Assembly (NCBI GenBank): GCA_002811645.1
Contig: PDIP01000025.1
Coordinates: forward strand, 34,245 to 98,244
DNA length: 64,000 nt
Source: Corallochytrium limacisporum Hawaii
Taxonomy: Eukaryota; Protista; Pluriformea
Reading direction: 5' to 3'
Below the pieces are notes generated by a model. The model had not been told where the DNA came from. It worked only from the letters and a program-made list of their open reading frames with translations, and searched no databases. Within the stretch, counting starts at the first letter, position 1. Every line of letters starts with the position of its first letter. Shown here piece by piece: positions 10,601 through 20,856 of this stretch. A program made the position numbers and the translations under genes.

Positions 10601-12700
10601 ATACGCTGCATCAATATCTGTACACAGTATGTATGTATGTATGTCTGTAGGGACTATGAAGCTACTTTCCGTTCCATCATTCTTTGACATGTGCGCTTTG
10701 TGGCAGCGTAGCATAGGAACACCACACCTGACCCAGTCTGCAACAGTCGCACTCCATAAGAGAAAGAGACAGCCTACCATAAATTCACGCCTCCTGGTTG
10801 TAGCGTGCTTCTCTTCTTTATGAAAGCCGGACGTTGCAAATCACCCCCTGGTCACCCGCAATTCACCAACAAGAGGCTCCCTCGAACAGCTGACCTGCTT
10901 GGGGGTGGCGGACTCGCACGGACGTGACGCATGCAAGGCAGACAGTAGTACCAAATACAAACGGTCTCGAACCTTAAAGTGCACGACACTCATGTCCAAA
11001 GTCTTCGAGTCCTGCCCACCCTGAACACAGAGGGTTAGCCCCAGCTCCAGCTGGTGTCGACTTGTGCACAGCAATCGGTGCCAGAAGCGCAATTATATGT
11101 CGTCATGAAAATAAGCTAAGGGGTTGATAGTAAATAAACTGCAGTACTGTGAGCCGTGCCGCATGTGTGACGATACTTTGCTTTTTAAGTCTTCTTCCCG
11201 GACGGGCTCGTACTACTGATTCTCAGACTAGTCATCTGCCCCTCCCCCGCACCCCCCCCTCGCGCGGCCTTCCTTCCCTCCCCAAAGCAAGGTTGCAGAT
11301 TGTTCCTTGCTCTGTGTTAAGTATGCTGCGGCTGTCCTCTTTCCCCTGAAAGCCACACCGGGAATTTTTCCTTGTCCCACAAACCCCCATTGCTGTCTCT
11401 TCCTTGCCAAAATGCGGTCTGGGCACCTGGGTGCGGAACTCAAGTTTCTCCCCGTACAGGTCAGTCTTTCACTATAGCCGGCACATCAGCTGCTGTCAGT
11501 TGCAATACTGCTGCTGCACCTGAGAGATGACTCGACGTGATAGAGTTGCCGTGCCCTGAGTTGGCTGGGGTGAAAGGCGGCTACTCAGTTTACCTTCCAA
11601 GATGTTCTGATGTACCAATATTTCGACTCCAGCGAAGAAGGAACTCCTGCATTTAATACTCGGCGCGGAAGAAGCACAAAAGGAACTGATACGGTACCTA
11701 AGCCCATACAAATGAGCCCATTCCGTGTATATCTCCCGGATCGTCGCCCCCAACACTGAGCGCTGGGACCCGACAGTGTCTGCAGACAGAAATGCGTGGT
11801 GTTCGTTTTGACAAACCAAAAAAAAAGAAGTTCGGTGCTTCGGTGCTTTCCCCATTCTCCGCCTCCCCCCCCCCCTCCCGGGGCCCCGCTCCTCTTCCCC
11901 CGCCGCCTGGGGTGATGTACCCTTCTTTTTTGGACTCCGTTCCTACAATAGCTTCTCTCGTTCGTTGCCGTCGTCAATATCGCTGCCGCTTTCTTTGAAC
12001 CCTTCGACCTGGCTGCCCCATTCGGCGGATCTGCGATGTGAAAGAGTCTCCGGGCCGGGAAAGAGTGGTTCCCCCCCCCCCCGGGGCGTCTGAGTTTACG
12101 ACTCGTATGTTTCGTTGCGGGAGATAAAATATTCTTGTCCGGTCTGTACTGAATAACTTGCACAATTGTCAGAGGCTATGTTGATGTGCGGAAACGGTGT
12201 GCACAGACTCAGGGGACCGCAAACAGTATCCTATCGGTGGGTCCCGGTTTCATAAGGTCCCTTTGAATATGGAGGCTTGGTGCACCCACTAATCAATGCC
12301 ACATATATTCAGTACCAACAACAGGCAGAGACTGGTAGGAGCATTCTTCGGGGGATGAGGGCGGGCGGTGACGCGAATTCAACGAGGAAAACTGGATAGA
12401 GGAAGCGATTCGAAAGGGTCCCATCATCATCTGAGGGTGCACGTCGCACGTTCAGAAGAACAAGCTGTGCCACACGGTTTTGGCTGACGACCAGCACTTC
12501 CGCCTCACGGGTATCAGCTGATGATAATGGATGCGGTCATAGCTACCACCGAACTATATGCCAAGAGCACACAAAGAGGTATGTAAGCTATTTCCAGTTT
12601 CGTAAGTGAATGCACAGGCAGCAAGGTCTCATGGACTTGAAGTTAACTGCACGAATATATTCGGAACGACAAGAGAGTCCCAAATCAAAGTGAAACAGAT

Positions 12701-14713
12701 ATGACATCAGAGGTCCATATCGACGTTCCCGCCTTCGCGGAAGAGCGGATCGCGTCTTCCAAGAAGAGACAGGATGAGCGAATGAAGATCACATACGAGG
12801 ACGTGAATTTTGAAGTCTATCGGAAACTCGGCCGCAAGGAAAAGGCTCCCCCAGGAGTTACAGTTTCTGATGATGGCAAAGGCTACACCAGGAATATTTT
12901 GAAGAATATTAATGGTACCTTTGAACCTGGACGTCTGACAGCCATCATGGGTGCCTCTGGTGCGGGTAAGACAACTCTACTCAACGCTATTGCTGGCAAC
13001 TTCACGACAGGTACACTGAAGGGCAAAGTGTCCGTTAATGGCAAAGAGTGCCATGCCAAAACGATGGCCAAGCTGAGTGGTTTCGTTTATCAGGAAGATC
13101 TTCTTCTAGACACACAGACTGTGCGGGAAGTTATTTATACAAGTGCTCGTCTGCGCCTGCCGAAAGCCTACTCTGACGAATTGGTAAGGGAACGGGTTGA
13201 GGACATTATTGATATGCTGCATCTGAGCAAGGTGGCAGATACATACATCGGAGACACGTCCAAGAAAGGAATTTCGGGTGGTGAGAAGAAGCGTACCGCT
13301 GTGGCTGTTGAAATGATTACCAACCCAGCCATTCTGTACTTGGATGAACCAACCAGTGGTCTGGATACTTTCACAGCTTTCAGTGTGGTCAAGAATCTTC
13401 ACGATTTGGCGGAAATGGGTCGCACAGTGGTTGCCACCATTCATCAGCCTTCCTCGGAAATCTTCTTCATGTTTGATGATGTTGTTCTTTTGGCCGATGG
13501 TGAGGTAATGTATCACGGTCCAGTGAGGAAGATTGTAGAGTACTTTGCCAAACGCGGCTATCCTACCCCTACGTATTCCAACCCGGCTGACTTTTTGTTT
13601 ATGAAGGTGCTGAATACCACGGGCATTGAGGGAGTACAGCACGTTTTGGAGGCGGGATCCGGCAGCAGCGCATCCGATGAGATTTCTAACGAGGACGACC
13701 AAAAGAAGTCGGAACACCTTCGCTATTCTGCCAGCTCGGAAGATCCCATTCTTCGCATCAGGACACTTCTGGGATTGTGGCCCAGGAGTGAAGAGTATCA
13801 AGAACTGATGTTGAAGATGAATAAGAACAACGGCTCAGGACTTGGTTCTGCTTTGTTGAAGAGCAGCGCTGATATGTTCCTGCAGTTCAAGGTCCTTGCC
13901 GCTCGCAACTCTGCAAATGCGCTGAGAAATCCACTCATTGTGCGCGCTAAATTCGGATCAACCATTTTCATTGCCTTGATTATGGGTCTCATCTATCTTG
14001 ACATTGGTCTTGACCAGGAGAGTGTACAGGGGCGCCTGGGTTCTCTCTTCTTCATAGCTGTCAACTACGTCTTCAGTGCCGCTATCGGTACTGTCTCCGT
14101 GTTTGGCATGGAGCGGAAGGTCTTTGAGCGTGAGTATGCTGGCAATTTCTACGGCCTCACGTCTTACTTTGTCTCCAAGGTGGTAACAGAGCTGCCCTAC
14201 TCTGTCATCTTCCCCATGATTGGTTCTGCCATTATGTACTGGATGATTGGCTACCAGGCGGACGCCGGCAAGTTCTTCATCTATACTTTGACCTTGATTT
14301 TATTGGCCAATGCTGGTGGTGCCATCGGTATCTTCGCCGGCTGTGCCTTTAGTGATCTAGCTGTCGCGAATGCTATTCTACCCCTGATCATTTTGCCACT
14401 CATGATCTTCTCAGGCTTCTTTGTCAACGACGACAACATCCCGCCATACTTTGACTGGATCAAGTACCTGAGTCCCATGAAGTATGGATTCTCTGTGCTG
14501 GCACAGAATGAATTCGATGGGCTTGAGTTTGAGTGCGAACCGAATCAACCCTGTTTCGAGAACGGTCAGCAGGTAATCGATGCTTACAATCTGGCTGACG
14601 ATGGTGGCATTGCCGAAAATCTCATCTACCTCACGTTGCTCTACATCGGACTGATGATTTGCTCGTACTTTGCTCTGTATATGCTCGTCCGCAAGACCCG
14701 CAAGAACAAGTAA
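12701..14713 (+). CDS. ABCG/White-family half ABC transporter (NBD-TMD)
   Basis: Walker A GASGAGKTT, Q-loop FVYQED, signature ISGGEKKR, Walker B ILYLDEPTSGLD, H-loop ATIHQP, NPADF, six-TM ABC2 membrane domain. Confidence 0.97.
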   Translation: MTSEVHIDVPAFAEERIASSKKRQDERMKITYEDVNFEVYRKLGRKEKAPPGVTVSDDGKGYTRNILKNINGTFEPGRLTAIMGASGAGKTTLLNAIAGNFTTGTLKGKVSVNGKECHAKTMAKLSGFVYQEDLLLDTQTVREVIYTSARLRLPKAYSDELVRERVEDIIDMLHLSKVADTYIGDTSKKGISGGEKKRTAVAVEMITNPAILYLDEPTSGLDTFTAFSVVKNLHDLAEMGRTVVATIHQPSSEIFFMFDDVVLLADGEVMYHGPVRKIVEYFAKRGYPTPTYSNPADFLFMKVLNTTGIEGVQHVLEAGSGSSASDEISNEDDQKKSEHLRYSASSEDPILRIRTLLGLWPRSEEYQELMLKMNKNNGSGLGSALLKSSADMFLQFKVLAARNSANALRNPLIVRAKFGSTIFIALIMGLIYLDIGLDQESVQGRLGSLFFIAVNYVFSAAIGTVSVFGMERKVFEREYAGNFYGLTSYFVSKVVTELPYSVIFPMIGSAIMYWMIGYQADAGKFFIYTLTLILLANAGGAIGIFAGCAFSDLAVANAILPLIILPLMIFSGFFVNDDNIPPYFDWIKYLSPMKYGFSVLAQNEFDGLEFECEPNQPCFENGQQVIDAYNLADDGGIAENLIYLTLLYIGLMICSYFALYMLVRKTRKNK

Positions 14714-15229
14714 ATCTTGCATTTAGCACCCACTCATATTGTAGAACATGCATACATCGTCCATATTACACCACATATTATATTGCCGTACCTACATCAT
14801 TCAAGAGCCCGCTTTTTTTTCGGACTCTGTTTCTGTTTAACCCTTGACTGGGCTCACAAGGGATCTACCTATTCGCCTGCTGACTCGCCCAGGTCACTGG
14901 GGTGATTACTGAATCTAAGGGGGGAGGGCTGTCAGAACTATCGAAGCGATGTGTGGAGCATTTGGAAGGGTCTCGAACGCGCCAAAGAGACCCAAAGCAC
15001 CTGGGGAGTATTCCTGGCAGGTATATATGATAACACAAAGCTGTGTTACGCAATGGACACTTTGGTGCATGGACGGTGGACTGTATTTTATGAAATAGTG
15101 AAGACAAGTCCACTGTGGGTCCTGTGTCAGACCTAGCGTTAGTGTTTGCGAAGGGCGACTTCAATGGGTGTGACATCATCTAAAAACCAACTTAGAACGG
15201 CTGCTTAAGAAAGCCATACACGTTATTCC

Positions 15230-16015
15230 ATGGGTCATTCGATCATTGAAATGGGTCGTAGTAATATTGGAGACAGAAATCCAGCGGCTAAGGATGATAA
15301 ACCGAGGTCTCTAGCCGCAACAGACTCAACGGAGCGATTTAGCTACCGTGTACTAGGCTTTGACATTGTCATGCTACTTACAGAACTTGCCTGTGAAAAT
15401 TACATGGTTCAGGTGGTATCACGCACTCCGAGTACATCAGAAAAACCATTGTATGATTATTATCGAGAGCAGTTTTTGGAGAATGATTGGGTGTACTGGT
15501 GGAGTCATGTTGGGTACGACTATCCCCAGGCAACATTTGACGAATGGCTAATCCTGTGGCTGATTGTCGGCTTTGCCCACGGTTTGGCGGGTATCTTGTT
15601 GATCCATCGCCAGGTGCGGTGCATTTGGATCACTCGATGGTTGCGTGTAATGACATTCTGGTCTGTGATCCTTCCAAATCCACGGGAACATTGCGCGAGG
15701 AGACTGAAGGGAGAACCAAAGTTCTGGTCACCCATGGTCGGAGGGGCATGTAAGGACCTGATATTTTCGGGCCACACTGTATTCTACACCATGTTCCTGG
15801 TCATGGGATACTGGTTGGCCCGACGATACGAACGTCAGACCCGGAGGTATGGTTGGCTCCTGTGGGTCTTGATGTTGAACATATTTGCACAGAGGTCCGT
15901 ACGTGCGGTGACTGAGCGCATGCACTACAGTATTGATATGCTAGTCGGATTCTATGTCACCTTTTTGGTATGGAAGGTCGAGGAGCTATATTTCTGGCTC
16001 CCAAGTCCTTGGTGA
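15230..16015 (+). CDS. Sphingomyelin synthase/IPC synthase-like phosphotransferase (PAP2_C)
   Basis: RVMTFWSVILPNPREHC (D2-like), CKDLIFSGHT (D3) and HYSIDMLVG (D4 catalytic H...D) motifs; TM helices. Confidence 0.85.
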   Translation: MGHSIIEMGRSNIGDRNPAAKDDKPRSLAATDSTERFSYRVLGFDIVMLLTELACENYMVQVVSRTPSTSEKPLYDYYREQFLENDWVYWWSHVGYDYPQATFDEWLILWLIVGFAHGLAGILLIHRQVRCIWITRWLRVMTFWSVILPNPREHCARRLKGEPKFWSPMVGGACKDLIFSGHTVFYTMFLVMGYWLARRYERQTRRYGWLLWVLMLNIFAQRSVRAVTERMHYSIDMLVGFYVTFLVWKVEELYFWLPSPW

Positions 16016-16062
16016 TTCTATTACACTATGTTACATACGACTTCTACACCTAACTTATCAAC

Positions 16063-19000
16063 TCATGTTGTGAGCAGATTCGGAATGGAGGGTACCTGTG
16101 AACCCATTACCCGAGCACCATATACATCAGGGAAACTCTCAAAGCCGTCACGGGGTCGGATATAGCCGTCCGGAGTCACCATAATAGGGTATGCCATGAG
16201 ATGACCACTCATTGGTAAATCATCCTGAGATGCGAACGCGGCCAGATTCTTATCTGCGCATTCCTGAACGCGCCTCCTGCATTCTATCGAGCTGGGATCA
16301 TCAAAGATAGGATCGTAGTGGCCAAGGTGCTCTGCAAACAGCGACCGACGAAATCCACTAACGATCCCACGCGGCAAAGGTGCGTCCGGGTTGCCACAGC
16401 GCACAGTACGTTTCTCACTGTCCACCATCAGCGGTGGAAGCGTGTATCCTTTCTGTGAAGCGGCCACGGCCATCTCGGTGTCCCGGGTGCCTTCGAGACT
16501 TCGATTGTTGATGTTTGCGGAACCAATGAGCACGACTTCATCATCCACAATCATCATCTTGGAGTGAACGTAGATTGGGGCGCGATTGGTGCGGGCCATC
16601 GCAGATCCGCCAGACTTTGAAGAGGCTTTTTGAACCTTACGACGAAGTGCGAAGCCTTTGCTAACATCTTCAAAACTTTGCTCGGGAGGGTTAACGTCAG
16701 CTCCTTCCTTCCAGGTGCGCGGCATGTCACGAACAAGTCGCTGTTCCTCATCGACTGGAAGCAAAGGTTGATGGGGTTGTTCTGGCTCCCGAGTCCCTAG
16801 AGCAAAGAATTTAAGATAGTCTGTGGGTTTCCTATCTGTGACTCCATGTTCCTCTAGAGCCTTACCAATCTGACTGTACATCATTGTCTGAGTCTTGTGC
16901 TGCCAATGCAAAATAACTTGCATGGCACCCGCGGTCGGATGGCCTTCTGGCCACAGCGGCATGACTACATAAGCACAAAATTCTTCTCCGCTGCGGATCT
17001 TTGATACACATTTTCGTGCAATTTCACCGGGCACAAGATTGTTTGCACCGCACTCTTGGTGACTGTCCCACAACTGACAGCTTCCCAAAAAGTATTGGTT
17101 CTCAACGAAAATGTATCGCTGTGCACGACGAATATGGTGAACGTATGCTCGACTAATGGAGTCATCAATGAATCGGCCCTTCTTGAATGTGCCAAATTGA
17201 TGCAGCTGACTTGGTTTTCGCTCAAAAATTGCGCTTCGTTCGTCAATGCTTCTCAAATATTGCGCCCGCCAAGGGGCCCGAGATGGCGGCAGTACTTTCT
17301 GTGGAGGTCCGGAATCGTCAAAATGTGCATGCCTCGGTTCAGTCGAACGCATTCCGTTCGGCCGATCTTTCCTCATGGAACGCGAGGTTTTATGTACCGA
17401 ATCGGGACTGTCGTCTGGCTCCTCTTCAATTGCAGAGGGAGGTTCACTCAGCGCTAAACCGTGAGCATGCTCCGGACAAATCTCGTGTTCCTTTATGGTC
17501 AGGAACTTCTTAGGGTCACTGATGTTTTTTAGGATGGCCGTCGGTCTGCGGCTGTCACGGGTCCAGCGTTCATGGAAATTCTCCAACAGATCAAAGACGA
17601 CCGGTCCTTCTACCCTCACGTGGATATCATGCCACGGCTCCCGAGGGCCATAAATCTTGTTCACTCCAGGAACCATATTCTGAATAAAGTCCTCAGCATG
17701 AACGTTATCGATGGTACTGAATAACTCATGGCCTGGAGAATCGTAGCGACCGTGAGTAAGGTCAATGCCACCTAGGAACGCGATGAAGCGACGTCGCTCT
17801 AAATCGGCGACATCCTTTTCTCCTCGCATGCGATCTCGCAGTTCCCGGAACCTTGTGTATATCTTGTCTCTTCTGCGTACATTTTCCATCTCGGTGGTTC
17901 GGAAGCTATCCCTCATCTTTTGAGAATCTAAGCTTGGCCGTTGTGGCCTCAAACTGTCCATGCCTGGGTCACGTTCATCCACCTCCGCTTCAGAGATCTC
18001 GAGCCCCGTTGATTGTGTACGAGACCTGGACCTCGAACGAGCTTGAGACTTTCTCGTTCCGTCTATTTCTGTCAAGGTGTTGCTTCGAACAAACTTTGGA
18101 GGTGCTCCTGACAGATCCACAGATCCTCGTGTCTGTTGTACATCCTCACTGACCTTCGCAACAATATCCCTAAACTTCGAAGTTCCCGTTCCCGACTTCA
18201 TAGACTTCATTGCAGTCTTCCGTTGATCCTGTAAACTTGAACCCAGGGCCTCGATGGTCACTTTGGGAAGAACTAACTCGTCACCGCTGGGAATGGCGTC
18301 CACAATCACACACTTTTGGTGATGGGTGAAGGTGGTGTTGATTAGGAATCCAGATCCGAAGCCGACAGTTCGATCAGCGTGCCGTGTGGTCTTCTTCACG
18401 CGAACCTTTGTGCGTCTGAAGAATTTCTTGGTTTGTTCATCATGAGTGCCCATCATACCATCTGTCGATCGGATACCCATGTCAATGCTTGTCTGATCGT
18501 CCCATAGAAGCAAGCGGACATCCACTCCTTCAAAGTCTGCTTTGTGTTTCAAAATGTCTCCCAGTTTCATTTGTGGGTTCTCTTTGTAAAAATCAGGAAT
18601 CTCCTGCTCGGCGCCAAGATCTATACTATCTCGCACAATTTGAAGATCGGTCCACACTGCCCATCCTACGATGTAGATTACACGCTTTGCTCTGCAGATG
18701 GCTCTGAAAGTGTCATGCCACAGAGGAGCAGCCTTGTAAACCTCTCCACAGGCAAGGGGAATGTCAGGAAGCTGTCCTTCTTTCACATGCGCATCCTGAT
18801 ACGGAATCACTCGATTTCCATCACTCATCCCGAAGTATGCTTCGGGCACCTGAGGTTGATCGAGATGTGGCGTTTCATGCCAGTGCGCATACTTTACATC
18901 CAGGCAAATCTCACCAGCATAGTCACCTCCTGGAGTGCGAAGGTCAAACCAACCAGATACCTCCCTCTGTTGCACCAATCTGTAAGCTGGTATGGCGACA

Positions 19001-19347
19001 GACCCAAGGAGTTGCATACCCACTAGATCCTTATCTTTCACCTGCACTAGGAGCTCTGAGGACTCTGCCAGTACGGGAAAGGAGAAGCGCTCGTTCCAAA
19101 CTGGTGTCAGAGTGTTGGATTTGACACTGGTCTTAATTCTCCTTGTTCGTCCCACATGCACTGTTACGTAGGGATCAGATGCGGCCCACTGACTTAACCA
19201 TTTCGAGACTTTGGACTGGTTTTTCTGTCCGCTCCCTGGACTTGGTGTTTCACGCCGCTTGGGAGCAAAACAATACAGGGCGTCAGCAGCTGGAAGGTCA
19301 CGCGCCTCCCGAACCACTACCACAATGCTTCCATGGAGCCAGACCAT
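16063..19347 (-). CDS. C2-domain (plant alpha/beta/gamma/delta-like) phospholipase D
   Basis: N-terminal C2 (LHGSIVVVVREARDLP, SDPYVTV, PVWNERF); HKD1 THHQKCVIVD; GGIDLTHGRYD; PREPWHDIH; ENQYFLGS; HKD2 YVHSKMMIVDD...GSANINNRSLEGTRDTE; C-terminal P..LTT. Confidence 0.97.
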   Translation of the reverse strand: MVWLHGSIVVVVREARDLPAADALYCFAPKRRETPSPGSGQKNQSKVSKWLSQWAASDPYVTVHVGRTRRIKTSVKSNTLTPVWNERFSFPVLAESSELLVQVKDKDLVGMQLLGSVAIPAYRLVQQREVSGWFDLRTPGGDYAGEICLDVKYAHWHETPHLDQPQVPEAYFGMSDGNRVIPYQDAHVKEGQLPDIPLACGEVYKAAPLWHDTFRAICRAKRVIYIVGWAVWTDLQIVRDSIDLGAEQEIPDFYKENPQMKLGDILKHKADFEGVDVRLLLWDDQTSIDMGIRSTDGMMGTHDEQTKKFFRRTKVRVKKTTRHADRTVGFGSGFLINTTFTHHQKCVIVDAIPSGDELVLPKVTIEALGSSLQDQRKTAMKSMKSGTGTSKFRDIVAKVSEDVQQTRGSVDLSGAPPKFVRSNTLTEIDGTRKSQARSRSRSRTQSTGLEISEAEVDERDPGMDSLRPQRPSLDSQKMRDSFRTTEMENVRRRDKIYTRFRELRDRMRGEKDVADLERRRFIAFLGGIDLTHGRYDSPGHELFSTIDNVHAEDFIQNMVPGVNKIYGPREPWHDIHVRVEGPVVFDLLENFHERWTRDSRRPTAILKNISDPKKFLTIKEHEICPEHAHGLALSEPPSAIEEEPDDSPDSVHKTSRSMRKDRPNGMRSTEPRHAHFDDSGPPQKVLPPSRAPWRAQYLRSIDERSAIFERKPSQLHQFGTFKKGRFIDDSISRAYVHHIRRAQRYIFVENQYFLGSCQLWDSHQECGANNLVPGEIARKCVSKIRSGEEFCAYVVMPLWPEGHPTAGAMQVILHWQHKTQTMMYSQIGKALEEHGVTDRKPTDYLKFFALGTREPEQPHQPLLPVDEEQRLVRDMPRTWKEGADVNPPEQSFEDVSKGFALRRKVQKASSKSGGSAMARTNRAPIYVHSKMMIVDDEVVLIGSANINNRSLEGTRDTEMAVAASQKGYTLPPLMVDSEKRTVRCGNPDAPLPRGIVSGFRRSLFAEHLGHYDPIFDDPSSIECRRRVQECADKNLAAFASQDDLPMSGHLMAYPIMVTPDGYIRPRDGFESFPDVYGARVMGSQVPSIPNLLTT

Positions 19348-20856
19348 TGTGAGTCTGTGCGGTGATTCTGCAGTAGATTTCTATCTATCGTAGTCACCTA
19401 TAGGCTTTCCCTAGAAGTGGTGTTCATACTATTCAAACATTCATCCTATCGTCGTAGATCCTGGGATCCATTATGTACTAAATACCCGGAGTCATCCTGA
19501 CCTAAGGCAGCAATGGTACCGGTAGCGATTTCACGGCGTACCTACAGGCCTTCTCAGAAACCCACAGGTCCCGCCAAGGAAAGTGAACGAAGGATCTACT
19601 TTCTTCTTGGGGGTTTTCGCAGCACCAGGGGTGGCTTCCAAAAACATATTTCAAAGGACTAAGCAAAATGCGATTAAGTTTTCAATATATTTACTACGCA
19701 ATTCCGCTGACTTCTCAGCGACGCTGGGACCAAGCACACATACTTTCGAAGCCCGACGAGGCTGCCACGAACGAAAAAGCACAGCGGCCTTGGAATGGAC
19801 AGACCCGAACGTCGTCGGGACCGGGACAACCCGCTCCATTAGGTGAAACTAGGGGAGGGCGGCGGGGCAGATTTAATATTTTGGAAATATGGAACTAATT
19901 GATAGAACGAGAAAAATTCTCCTCACTCTGCTCCCCTATCAAACCCCCTCCCCTCCCCACCCTCCGCTATCCAAACCTTATCATCGTTTGTTTTCGCTTG
20001 CCCATCGTGTCCCTCTTCCTGCGGTCAGAGCCGCACTGAAAACCAGTGTAACGAAGCCTGTGGGCCAACAGCACCCAGCCCTGGACGGGATTGGTGATTG
20101 CCCAACGACCATGAACACTACGTTCGCGATGGGAATGCCTTCAGTTCTTGGTGCTGGAATGTATGGGTCTCATTTACGTACAATCCATCCCCTCCAACAG
20201 AAGTTCAGTCAGCAACAGGAATGATTTCGCAGGGCCAACGCCACTATCAGCGTTGCTTGCTTTCTCACTATCAGATCCAACTCTGTGTGCGATGCTTATG
20301 GCATGCCGACGACGTTCGGTGCCTGTCTCCGGCAGCATGGTCGCAGACAAAGCGGTAGAACATGCCAGCATCCATCAGATACTCTATGATGTAAGTATGC
20401 CTCGGACATGGTAGCACAAACTGGCTCTGGTGAGCATCATCCTTTCTGTGGAAAGGATATTTTTGCTGTCCGCCCTTGTATCCCTTTCTCTTTTGGCCCC
20501 ATAAAATTTTCTTTTCTTCTGACATTTCCTTTCGGCTATTAAGGCGCGGTCCCCGGCCCCCCCCGCTACGGCAGTACGGGAAGGGCCGGGTACCCCGTTC
20601 CCTTCGACTCTCTATGTGTCAGAAAAGGAAAGTAAAGCGAGGGAGGCTTTATTTAGGTACGGTAAGTCGAGGGTGAGTGCGGATCAGACAGGTCATAAGC
20701 TAACCAAAACGACACAGCGGCAACCCTTTGTCAGTGGTCATGGTAACACGGGACCAGAACAATACACATGTGGAGATTCATTTATGTTTTTCTTTTTAAA
20801 ACCCTTGGAAATGCTTCGGAACAAACAATGAGATCGACTTGATCGTCCATGCAGAT

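Noticed and set aside
12518-12556. CTGATGA suggesting a hammerhead ribozyme core
   Set aside because: No correctly placed GAAA and no convincing stems I-III
19889-20414. Overlapping short + strand ORFs between PLD and the F-BAR gene
   Set aside because: No recognisable motif; a gene or pseudogene cannot be supported
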